Virus record (IMG/VR): IMGVR_UViG_2693429719_000003 | Source: a virus | Taxonomy: Duplodnaviria; Heunggongvirae; Uroviricota; Caudoviricetes | Reading direction: 5' to 3' (one strand) | DNA length: 27,117 nucleotides | Shown here: piece after piece, positions 1 to 6,884 of the stretch | Layout of the letters: each line of letters begins with the position of its first letter | How positions within the stretch are numbered: position 1 is the stretch's first letter | The notes under the pieces: model-generated | The model's input: only the letters and a program-made list of their open reading frames with translations | The model's database searches: none | Told to the model about the DNA's origin: nothing | Program-made: the position numbers and the translations under genes

Positions 1-405
1 ATGGATCAGGTCGTTGTTTTTCAAAAGATGTTTGAGCAAGTGAGAAAAGAGCAAAACTTCTCCTGGTTTTATTCAGAATTAAAACATCACCGTATTGCAC
101 ATTACATTTATTATCTGGCTACGGATAACATCAGAATTATTACTCACGATGACACGGTTTTGTTATTAAGAGGAACCAGGAACCTGTTAAAAGTTAGTAC
201 GACCAAGAACCCAGCTAAAATAAAAGAGGCCGCATTGCTTCATATTCGCGGAAAATCTACATTTCGGGAATACTGTTCAACACTGGCAGGCGCTGGCGTT
301 TTCCGGTGGGTTACTGATGTTAATCATAACAAACGCAGTTACTACGCCATTGATAATACGCTTTTATATATTGAAGATGTAGAAAATAATAAACCATTAA
401 TCTAG
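1..405 (+). CDS. DUF1398-family protein (YcgX/YdfO/YbcV-like), host chromosome flank
   Basis: 134-aa ORF starting at base 1; the sequence (MDQVVVFQKMF...YYLATDN...AGVFRWVT) matches my recollection of the E. coli DUF1398 family. In K-12 the DUF1398 gene ycgX lies just outside the icdC end of prophage e14, the same arrangement as here. Confidence 0.75.
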   Translation: MDQVVVFQKMFEQVRKEQNFSWFYSELKHHRIAHYIYYLATDNIRIITHDDTVLLLRGTRNLLKVSTTKNPAKIKEAALLHIRGKSTFREYCSTLAGAGVFRWVTDVNHNKRSYYAIDNTLLYIEDVENNKPLI

Positions 406-612
406 CTAAAGTTGGGAGCTTAAAAAATGCTTCATAATTCAGTAAGGCATTAGCATAATGGAAATAAAAGTGCAGAGACTATCCCTATGGATGATTAATA
501 CTGTCTTTTTATTGCTCCCCATAAATAATCACCAGACCAATACGATCAAATTGATATTTGAAATGTGTTCACTTGACTTTTGATACGTTATTTTATAACG
601 GTTAACATATTT

Positions 613-643
613 ATAAAAACAACGGGCGTGTTATACGCCCGTT
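613..643 (-). terminator. rho-independent terminator downstream of the icd 3' fragment
   Basis: Perfect 9-bp stem AACGGGCGT (621-629) / ACGCCCGTT (635-643) with a 5-nt loop; on the minus strand it is followed by GTTTTT (615-620) and lies about 25 nt past the icd stop codon. Confidence 0.6.
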
Positions 644-666
644 ATAATATTTAACACATGTGGTAA

Positions 667-831
667 TTACATATTTTTGATGATCGCGTCACCAAACTCG
701 CTGCATTTCAGCAGGTTAGCGCCTTCCATCAGACGTTCGAAGTCATAGGTTACGGTCTTGGCGTTGATTGCGCCTTCCATACCTTTAACAATCAGGTCTG
801 CGGCTTCAGTCCAGCCCATATGGCGTAACAG
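667..831 (-). pseudogene. icd: icd 3'-terminal fragment (about 54 codons, isocitrate dehydrogenase C-terminus); attachment-site duplication marking the prophage/host junction
   Basis: Minus-strand translation [53 protein letters not shown], stop at 667-669. This matches the Icd C-terminus; homology stops abruptly upstream (ILL instead of MML) and no icd body is present. Phage 21 and e14 integrate in icd and duplicate this segment. Confidence 0.85.
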
Positions 832-1020
832 TATATAAAAACCATGAATTCAAGTCATTGATATTTAATGATAAAAATTATTTTATTGTCTTTTTATTAG
901 CCAAAATAAACTTTATTCAACCGTTTGATTTCATTGACGTTCGTTTATATTTTGGGGAAAGGTTTTCTCTACCATTTATATCCAAATTACAAGTCTACAT
1001 TTTATTAACATCTCAATACA

Positions 1021-1051
1021 TGTGAGGCCTTGTAGACCTTTGTGAGGCCTT
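1021..1051. promoter_or_regulatory. direct repeat TGTGAGGCCTT x2 (20-bp periodicity), candidate integrase arm-type sites
   Basis: Identical 11-mers at 1021-1031 and 1041-1051, about 190 bp on the phage side of the icd core homology. An IHF-consensus match (AATCAAACGGTTG, minus strand, 918-930) lies in the AT-rich stretch between. Confidence 0.3.
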
Positions 1052-1314
1052 ATGTGTCTCAGTTTTGTCCCACCTTGTATTACGACTTGCATAGCCAATG
1101 AAGATAAATGTGACGACAAACGGCGCAGCAGTCTTCTTTTCCTTCATACTTTCCCCACCCAGCATGCATACCTTCTACCATAACTGTAGTGAATGTCTGT
1201 TATGAGCGAGTAGCGGAAGTTAGGGCTACAAGATGACTAATTAAGTTGCGGTAATTAAGTACAGGTTATGGACTTCCTGATCACGATGCCTTCTAACTCG
1301 TCAGTAGCTGGCTA

Positions 1315-1606
1315 AGAATTGATAACCAGGTAAGCAATTGTGTCTCTCGTGGAGCTTTTAAGCGGGATGCTAACGGATTTAACCCGCTTACTGACGCAGG
1401 AATAATCCGGACAGCGAAGCGGGAGATTCATCATGGTGGAAATGGCAAGTTCAGAATAACCTTGCGGGCCCCCCGCGAAGCAGTTTTTGGTTTGTCGTAC
1501 CATGACTGAATGGTCGACTCATCAAGCCGGAATGTCAGTGAACCACGATTGACGAGCGCCTTGTTGTAGGTGTTCCAGTTGGTGATTTTTAGCTTTTTTT
1601 TGCCAT
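1315..1606 (-). pseudogene. IS903-type transposase, 5' fragment, frameshifted and truncated
   Basis: ATG at 1604-1606 (minus strand) is followed by an A8 homopolymer (T-run 1594-1601 on plus) that shifts the frame after the MAK start. The two fragments appear as ORFs 1431..1658 and 1312..1503 in different frames; only about the first 115 codons are present. Confidence 0.8.
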
Positions 1607-1682
1607 GAGATACTGCTACAAGACCGTAATGTGGTGATCTGATCCTGATATCTGCCAAAAGTTCGATTTATTCAACATAGCC
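1315..1682 (-). mobile_element. IS903-group (IS5 family) insertion sequence remnant: left terminal inverted repeat plus 5' part of the transposase gene, truncated
   Basis: Minus-strand end sequence GGCTATGTTGAATAAATCGAACTTTTGG (1655-1682) matches the IS903 terminal inverted repeat as I recall it (GGCTTTGTTGAATAAATCGAACTTTTG). The downstream ORF fragments (KKKLKITNWNTYNKALVNRGSLTF...; ...MNLPLRCPDYSCVSKRVKSV...) match the IS903 transposase N-terminus. Homology ends near 1315. Confidence 0.85.
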
Positions 1683-1784
1683 CTTTCCAGTTGTAATCCT
1701 TATACAAAAGTTCATCTTTGGCTATATCAGTCTTAAAAATCCCAGTATATTATTTGCCAAACAACACCGGTCTTATAAGGACAT

Positions 1785-1808
1785 GCCCGTGCCCGTGCCC
1801 GTGCCCGG
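1785..1808. repeat. hexanucleotide tandem repeat GCCCGT x3 plus GCCCGG
   Basis: gcccgtgcccgtgcccgtgcccgg read directly in the sequence; a GC-rich microsatellite in an AT-rich region about 70 bp upstream of ORF A. Confidence 0.9.
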
Positions 1809-1817
1809 CTTAATCAT

Positions 1818-1843
1818 TTGACTAAAATCTCAAAATGTATACT
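1818..1843 (+). promoter_or_regulatory. candidate sigma70 promoter for cargo ORF A
   Basis: TTGACT (1818-1823) and a TG-TATACT extended-10-like element (1836-1843); the spacer is short (14 nt), so the call is weak. An AAGGAA Shine-Dalgarno follows at 1862-1867. Confidence 0.3.
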
Positions 1844-1874
1844 GAATAAACACTCTATCTAAAGGAAATTATCA

Positions 1875-2384
1875 GTGAAAGCATCCGATTGGATTCAACA
1901 AAACATACGACACTCAGCACAACTGGAACCTAATACACTCGAAGCAGTATCCGACTTCACTCTTATGTGGTCGATTTTTGAGGCTTCAGAAGCTCATAAT
2001 GAGAATGTTGTAGAGCAGATTGGGGTTCTTTCAAAGCGAGTCGCAAGGGATATGCCATCAGATGCGATCGACTCCCAGTTATCATATTGGTCTAAACGCT
2101 ATATACATGAAAGCGGTGAACCAACAGAGCATTTCAATTACCTCTATTTTAGAGAACTTTCACAAACTGTGAAATCACTTAACGTACTAAGAAATGAAGA
2201 AACTTCTTTTGAAGATAAAATCGAAGTGTGCCTCTTAATTGTCTATAGGTATCGAAATAATTTATTTCACGGTATCAAAGATATCACGTTGCTAAATGCA
2301 CAGGTAGAAAATCTTCGGAACGCAATAGAATTATTACAAATAATTATGCCATATAGCGGGAGATACCTTTTTCTCGGGGCCTAA
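1875..2384 (+). CDS. hypothetical 169-aa protein with an Rx4H (RNNLFH) HEPN-like motif; cargo gene A
   Basis: ORF with GTG start preceded by AAGGAA 7 nt upstream; AT-rich. Motif R127-N-N-L-F-H132 fits the HEPN Rx4-6H signature in a small, apparently helical protein. No recognisable homology beyond that. Confidence 0.7.
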   Translation: MKASDWIQQNIRHSAQLEPNTLEAVSDFTLMWSIFEASEAHNENVVEQIGVLSKRVARDMPSDAIDSQLSYWSKRYIHESGEPTEHFNYLYFRELSQTVKSLNVLRNEETSFEDKIEVCLLIVYRYRNNLFHGIKDITLLNAQVENLRNAIELLQIIMPYSGRYLFLGA

Positions 2385-2404
2385 TTAGCTATATGAAGCA
2401 GTGG

Positions 2405-2434
2405 AGTCTATTTCAATTATAATCTAAATAGACT
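2405..2434 (+). other. stem-loop downstream of ORF A (possible weak terminator)
   Basis: Perfect 9-bp inverted repeat AGTCTATTT (2405-2413) / AAATAGACT (2426-2434) with a 12-nt loop; the downstream T-run is poor. Confidence 0.25.
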
Positions 2435-2752
2435 CACTTCCATTGGTGTTTTGAATTGGTCGATGGGTTTTGTTATGGCTGTCCAATATGAGCGAAGAGC
2501 AGATTGTGTGGTTCAATACAGAATCACGATCCTTTATTAAGATAAGATTCAGCGATAAAGAAGGTTTTTATATTTTAATTTATAAGAAGAATTTTTGTTG
2601 TGCGCCTATACAAATAATTAATTTTATAGTAATGAGTTTCTCAATGACTTATCAAAGTGAAAATCATTCTGGAATGAGGCTAAAAGCGACGCGGAATTAA
2701 AAAAGCTTTCATCTTTGAAATATTGAAGTATTTCCCTCTCTATATCACTAGA

Positions 2753-2778
2753 CTGACAATAACTAAAGAGCTATAATG
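2753..2778 (+). promoter_or_regulatory. candidate promoter for cargo ORF B (consensus -10 TATAAT)
   Basis: Perfect TATAAT at 2773-2778, 32 nt upstream of the ATG; only a weak -35-like CTGACA at 2753-2758 with a short spacer. Confidence 0.3.
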
Positions 2779-2809
2779 CAATTATTTCAAATTATTAAAG
2801 GGTGGGGGT

Positions 2810-4045
2810 ATGAATAGCACGTTAAAAGAACTTGAGAGAAATTGCGCGCCAATAGATTTTATTGACCCATTGGCTCGATTGGTCTTAGATGATTTAGCTA
2901 TGTGGGCAAATGATAATATATACTCAAAACAATCTGGGTGTTTAACTTATGAATTGCCTCTTGATGGAAACATCAATGCAGCGTGTATAAGTTATCATGA
3001 CTCACGCTATCGAACCCATATTAAAATAAACCTGGGAATGGTTCAGGAAATCTACATCCAGTCATTTACCTATCCAGGTTACATTAAATATCTAGAAAGT
3101 GGAAATTGGCATTTCAACGCTCTTGATGAACCCTTTAGTGATGCTGAATTTTTATTCGAAGGTGGCATCCCTCCAAGAGTTAACGCGTCTGACACGGTCA
3201 CTCATATGGTAGAGCTATACAAAAGCATTCCTAACAACAGCAATACCATGTGGACTGATGAAGAATTAATTTGCCGTTTTGCCATGTTCGAATTAATGAT
3301 TGCGTGGATATTTTTTCATGAACTTGCGCATCACGTACAAGGGCACTACAAGATCAAAGGTGAAATAAAAGAATCGGCTACTTATTACGAATTAGATTAC
3401 TCAAGCAACATTAATAATTCCAATCCTGAGGTAACTCCCAGCGTCATCCAAAAGAACATTGACCAGCATGCCCGAGAGATACTTGCAGACCTCGAAGGTA
3501 TGTATTTAACACTCAGAATGATGGTGAGGAATGACACATTAACACCACCTAACACGTTTTTGCTTTTATATGTCCAAACCTCAATGTTTAATGTATTCTA
3601 TAAATTATCTGAGGGAAAGTATGCGGAGTTAGATAGCGTTAAAGTTTCTCACCCCCACCCTGTAATTAGAAACAAATTCGTACACGCCCTGTATGTTTCT
3701 GTGATGAAATGGGAATTGGATAATGATATATACCAAGATTATCGTCACTCTGTTAGCCGAGGTCTTGAATATTATACTGTAAAGTCATCATTGTTAGCTG
3801 GAATGATATGGGCAATGAGACAACCTGATTACAGTCCAGATGTAATGCCCCAATTTCTTAAATTTAGTGATGAGACCGAGCATGCCGCAGATTATAACTA
3901 TCTCAGGGAATTGACCTTAAGCGCTGAAAGGCAATCATCTATCATATCACTCATGCATATCATCGATGATGACTCAGATAATATTTTTAAATTAACAAAA
4001 TTAGACAAGCTATTCACTCATTTTTTAAATGTTAATGAAGAATAA
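2810..4045 (+). CDS. hypothetical 411-aa protein with an HExxH zinc-metallopeptidase motif (FFHELAHHVQGH); cargo gene B
   Basis: Long AT-rich ORF with a G-rich RBS (GGGTGGGGG) directly upstream of the ATG. HELAH at residues 170-174 with further His at 175 and 179 and acidic residues 40-60 aa downstream, resembling ImmA/IrrE (M78)-type or gluzincin motifs. The rest of the protein is unrecognised. Confidence 0.85.
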   Translation: MNSTLKELERNCAPIDFIDPLARLVLDDLAMWANDNIYSKQSGCLTYELPLDGNINAACISYHDSRYRTHIKINLGMVQEIYIQSFTYPGYIKYLESGNWHFNALDEPFSDAEFLFEGGIPPRVNASDTVTHMVELYKSIPNNSNTMWTDEELICRFAMFELMIAWIFFHELAHHVQGHYKIKGEIKESATYYELDYSSNINNSNPEVTPSVIQKNIDQHAREILADLEGMYLTLRMMVRNDTLTPPNTFLLLYVQTSMFNVFYKLSEGKYAELDSVKVSHPHPVIRNKFVHALYVSVMKWELDNDIYQDYRHSVSRGLEYYTVKSSLLAGMIWAMRQPDYSPDVMPQFLKFSDETEHAADYNYLRELTLSAERQSSIISLMHIIDDDSDNIFKLTKLDKLFTHFLNVNEE

Positions 4046-4272
4046 GATACGATGATTAGTGTTCAATTTCACCAGGGATCTGAACACCTGTCATTTGTAC
4101 AGGGCACTGTTACAGTCCTGACAACCCTAGAGTTTAATCAACTCATAGATCTCTAACTCATCACCGACTTAATGTTTATATAGCGGAATGAGCTTTCCAT
4201 GTCAGATATAACAATGTCCGCTTCTGGCACATAGCAGCCCTAGAGACAGTGGCGTAAAGTCATGGAGGACCG

Positions 4273-4298
4273 ATGGGAGGAGGCACAAATCCTCCCAT
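4273..4298. other. perfect 9-bp stem-loop in the B-C intergenic region
   Basis: ATGGGAGGA (4273-4281) / TCCTCCCAT (4290-4298) with an 8-nt loop; it is followed by an A-run rather than a T-run, so it is not a canonical plus-strand terminator. Confidence 0.3.
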
Positions 4299-4417
4299 AC
4301 AAAAAATACGTAAAATCGATAACAGATTGAAATAATTCAATATTCTCACTATCAGAAGCTGACCGGCCAGCCGCAGCACTTTCTTGCAGACGACGAGCCT
4401 GCGGTTTCAACTCCACC

Positions 4418-4451
4418 AGCCCACCAATCATTATTGGGCTTTTTCGTTTTT
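4418..4451 (+). terminator. possible rho-independent terminator between ORF B and ORF C
   Basis: 6-bp stem AGCCCA / TGGGCT with an 11-nt loop, followed by TTTTCGTTTTT (4441-4451). The stem is marginal. Confidence 0.3.
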
Positions 4452-4581
4452 CTTCACCTGCAAGCAAACCGTTGTATCATGGCGGAATGAAGATGAGCTA
4501 GGAATAATCTTATAAATCAGCTCAATATTCATATAAAAACATTTCGAACTTTGGTGTACAAAACTACATAGGGATAACTTT

Positions 4582-5784
4582 ATGTCTCTTCGTTTCAGAC
4601 AAACCTTTACTCTATTTCCTGGCGTTCGACTCAACATTGGCAAGCGTGGAATAAGTGCAAGCATTGGCGTGCCTGGCGCAACTGTCAATGTTGGTAAAAA
4701 AGGGGTTAGAGCAACTGTCGGATTACCGGGCACAGGCTTATCTTATACTACACCTACCTTGCCCTATGATGATGGATACTCAGTTACCAATCCATTAAAT
4801 CCAGCCCCTACAGAACCTCATTTGGAGTCTGGGTCATCTCCAGAAAACACACCATCGAACGCTAAAATATATATGCCTGTAGCTGGCATGAATGAAATAT
4901 CCAGCGCTTCGGTAGAAGTCCTTACAAGTACCTCCCTTTTACCTTTACGAGATTTGATTGCTAAAGCACGAGAACAAAGAGCAGAGATAAAAGCAGATCT
5001 TCAAGAGGCTCTTGCCGAAGAATCAAAACAAAAAAGCGAGCTGGCTCGACGCAAATCAAGTCTATTCCGTTGGTTTTACAAACGACGCATCGCAGAACTT
5101 GAGACACTACTCCCCCTAACCCAAGCTGAGATATCTCGCCTAGTTTCATGGGAAGACAGCACAAAAATAGCCATAACATTCGAGAGCAGTGATGCTTCAC
5201 AGCGCGCATATGCAGCGATGGTCCATGCATTTGATATGTTAAAATCGAGTGTCAAAAAATGGGATATTACTGCAGATAAAGCTACAGACCAGTTTGCTGA
5301 AAGAACATTAGCAACCCGGTCTGTTAATCGTCACCCAGTTACCTTTGATTTTAGTTCAACGGATCTCATTCAATTTACAGGGCGTGCGATGAGGTTTGAA
5401 AATGTAAATGGAGACGATATTTTGCTTTATCCTGGAGTTGCAGTCATACCACGAGCTGATGGAGCATTCGCTCTGATTGATTTACGCGAATTACAAATTA
5501 GTTCAGAATATCTAAGATTCCATGAGGAAGAAGGTGTTCCCAGTGACTCACGCATAGATGGTTATACATGGGCGAAAACGAATAAGAATGGCTCACCAGA
5601 CCGTCGTTTTAAAGACAACTACCAAATCCCTATTTGCATTTATGGAAATATTACTTTCCATTCTCAAACAGGGGTAACTGAAGAATATATGGTATCAAAT
5701 GCAGATGCCGCGCACGCCTTTGCTGAGGCAGTAAAACGCTATCAGATTTCACTCACAGAAACAGAAGCGTTGGTACAAGCCTGA
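4582..5784 (+). CDS. hypothetical 400-aa protein: DUF4236-like N-terminus, central coiled coil, uncharacterised C-terminal domain; cargo gene C
   Basis: N-terminus RFRQTFTLFPGVRLNIGKRGISASIGVPGATVNVGKKGVRATVGLPGTGLSY matches the DUF4236 motif as I recall it. Residues about 120-175 are Lys/Glu/Ala-rich and heptad-like (coiled coil). The C-terminal 220 aa or so are unknown. Confidence 0.85.
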   Translation: MSLRFRQTFTLFPGVRLNIGKRGISASIGVPGATVNVGKKGVRATVGLPGTGLSYTTPTLPYDDGYSVTNPLNPAPTEPHLESGSSPENTPSNAKIYMPVAGMNEISSASVEVLTSTSLLPLRDLIAKAREQRAEIKADLQEALAEESKQKSELARRKSSLFRWFYKRRIAELETLLPLTQAEISRLVSWEDSTKIAITFESSDASQRAYAAMVHAFDMLKSSVKKWDITADKATDQFAERTLATRSVNRHPVTFDFSSTDLIQFTGRAMRFENVNGDDILLYPGVAVIPRADGAFALIDLRELQISSEYLRFHEEEGVPSDSRIDGYTWAKTNKNGSPDRRFKDNYQIPICIYGNITFHSQTGVTEEYMVSNADAAHAFAEAVKRYQISLTETEALVQA

Positions 5785-5826
5785 TTTATCGCCGATATGG
5801 GGACGAATCGTAGCCCCCCCTCGAAC

Positions 5827-5866
5827 AAAAAAAACCTTAAGAACCAGACTATTATGGCTGGTTCTT
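5827..5866 (-). terminator. strong rho-independent terminator on the minus strand (candidate end of the late tail-fibre transcript)
   Basis: Perfect 9-bp stem AAGAACCAG (5839-5847) / CTGGTTCTT (5858-5866) with a 10-nt loop, followed on the minus strand by a T8 run (A-run 5827-5834 on plus). Confidence 0.6.
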
Positions 5867-5883
5867 ATACGGAGGATTTGTTA

Positions 5884-5912
5884 TTGTACAACTCTTCTAT
5901 CTGGTATATTTA
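5884..5912 (+). promoter_or_regulatory. candidate sigma70 promoter for cargo ORF D
   Basis: TTGTAC (5884-5889), 17-nt spacer, TATTTA (5907-5912), about 80 nt upstream of the ATG at 5993. Confidence 0.4.
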
Positions 5913-5992
5913 CGGATAGAACTGTTCAGGCTACTCAATCCTTTTTAAGTACAAATGAACAGATAGAAATAGTTATATTGCAAGGAGCTATC

Positions 5993-6781
5993 ATGCACAC
6001 TGAGTATATATGGCGATACCTTGACATAGAGAAATTCTCTATGTTACTCGAACAAAATGCTTTATTTTTTTGCTCAGCAAAAAATTTTGAAGATCCGTTC
6101 GAAGGTGAATTTGCTTGGGGACATACTGGCTATAAAAAATTCATTGAGACACAGGAAAAACTATGCGCTACTCATGGTGCCGGCATGGACTTAGATCCTT
6201 TCATGGCATTCAATTTAAAGACACTTAAGGAAATAAGCGAGAGGACATATATAAGTTGCTGGCATTGTAACGAACATGAATCTGAAGCTATGTGGAAGCT
6301 GTATTGTAAAAATCCCGCTAAAGGCGTTGTCATAAAATCAAAGAAAAAAAACCTCCAAAGCCAACTTGAAAATAATAATTTAAACAAACTACAATTAAAA
6401 CACGTAAAATACGTAAAAAATTTCTGGATAAAACAATACAATCCAGAATCAGATGTATTCTTTAACAAGAGACCATCTTTCGAATACGAAAAAGAGTTTA
6501 GAGCTATTTTTCAAGAGAATACCTTTAACACTCCACCTGTAAAGGGAAAACTAGTCCCTGTATCTCTTAACAATCTGTTGGAAGAAATAAGGATTTCACC
6601 TTTCGCAGATAAGGATTTCAAAAATGAAGTTTTACAAATTTCAAAAAAATATGGACTAGATCTAAAAGTCAAAAACTCTGAAATTGAAATGCATCCCATC
6701 ATGCATGTTGAGGAAGAAATAATTGCAGAAGGCCCCAATTGGTATCAGTCAAAAATCAGATTGGCAATACGTGATGCTTAA
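5993..6781 (+). CDS. hypothetical 262-aa protein, DUF2971-like N-terminal motif; cargo gene D
   Basis: ATG at 5993 with a consensus AAGGAG Shine-Dalgarno at 5983-5988 (the ORF track's TTG at 5978 is an upstream in-frame extension). N-terminal YIWRYLDIEKFSMLLEQNALFFCSAKNFEDPFEG resembles the DUF2971 signature. Very AT-rich. Confidence 0.8.
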   Translation: MHTEYIWRYLDIEKFSMLLEQNALFFCSAKNFEDPFEGEFAWGHTGYKKFIETQEKLCATHGAGMDLDPFMAFNLKTLKEISERTYISCWHCNEHESEAMWKLYCKNPAKGVVIKSKKKNLQSQLENNNLNKLQLKHVKYVKNFWIKQYNPESDVFFNKRPSFEYEKEFRAIFQENTFNTPPVKGKLVPVSLNNLLEEIRISPFADKDFKNEVLQISKKYGLDLKVKNSEIEMHPIMHVEEEIIAEGPNWYQSKIRLAIRDA

Positions 6782-6884
6782 TCTTATATTGAAGTTTTTT
6801 ATGTCTCCTGCTGAAACTAGCTAAAATTTACCAAGCCGCAGCACGTTATTGCATACAACATGTATGCGGCGTATCTCAAAACGA

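Noticed and set aside
406-1874. Searched for a tRNA gene or CRISPR array at the prophage boundary
   Set aside because: No tRNA-like cloverleaf sequence and no spaced direct-repeat array are visible. The attachment site is the icd 3' end, not a tRNA.
2470-2700. 76-aa plus-strand ORF between cargo genes A and B
   Set aside because: No convincing ribosome-binding site and an odd, Cys- and Phe-rich composition in very AT-rich DNA. I could not exclude a small accessory protein or antitoxin, but the evidence is too thin to call a gene.
2810-4045. Possibility that the HExxH protein is a type III secretion effector of the NleC/NleD type, as carried by some lambdoid prophages
   Set aside because: Apart from the HExxH motif, the sequence does not resemble NleC or NleD as I recall them, and the length and context differ. 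It is kept only as an alternative to test by alignment.
4240-4733. Two overlapping minus-strand ORFs (75 and 100 aa) in the B-C intergenic region, partly overlapping the ORF C start
   Set aside because: No ribosome-binding sites, and they overlap each other and the well-supported ORF C. The locally GC-richer stretch at 4350-4430 may be a gene remnant, but I could not identify it.
6782-6884. Hairpin GCATACA-ACA-TGTATGC (about 6851-6867) in the ORF D / tfa intergenic region, considered as a bidirectional terminator
   Set aside because: No T-run on either side; the convincing minus-strand terminator is further downstream at 5827-5866.
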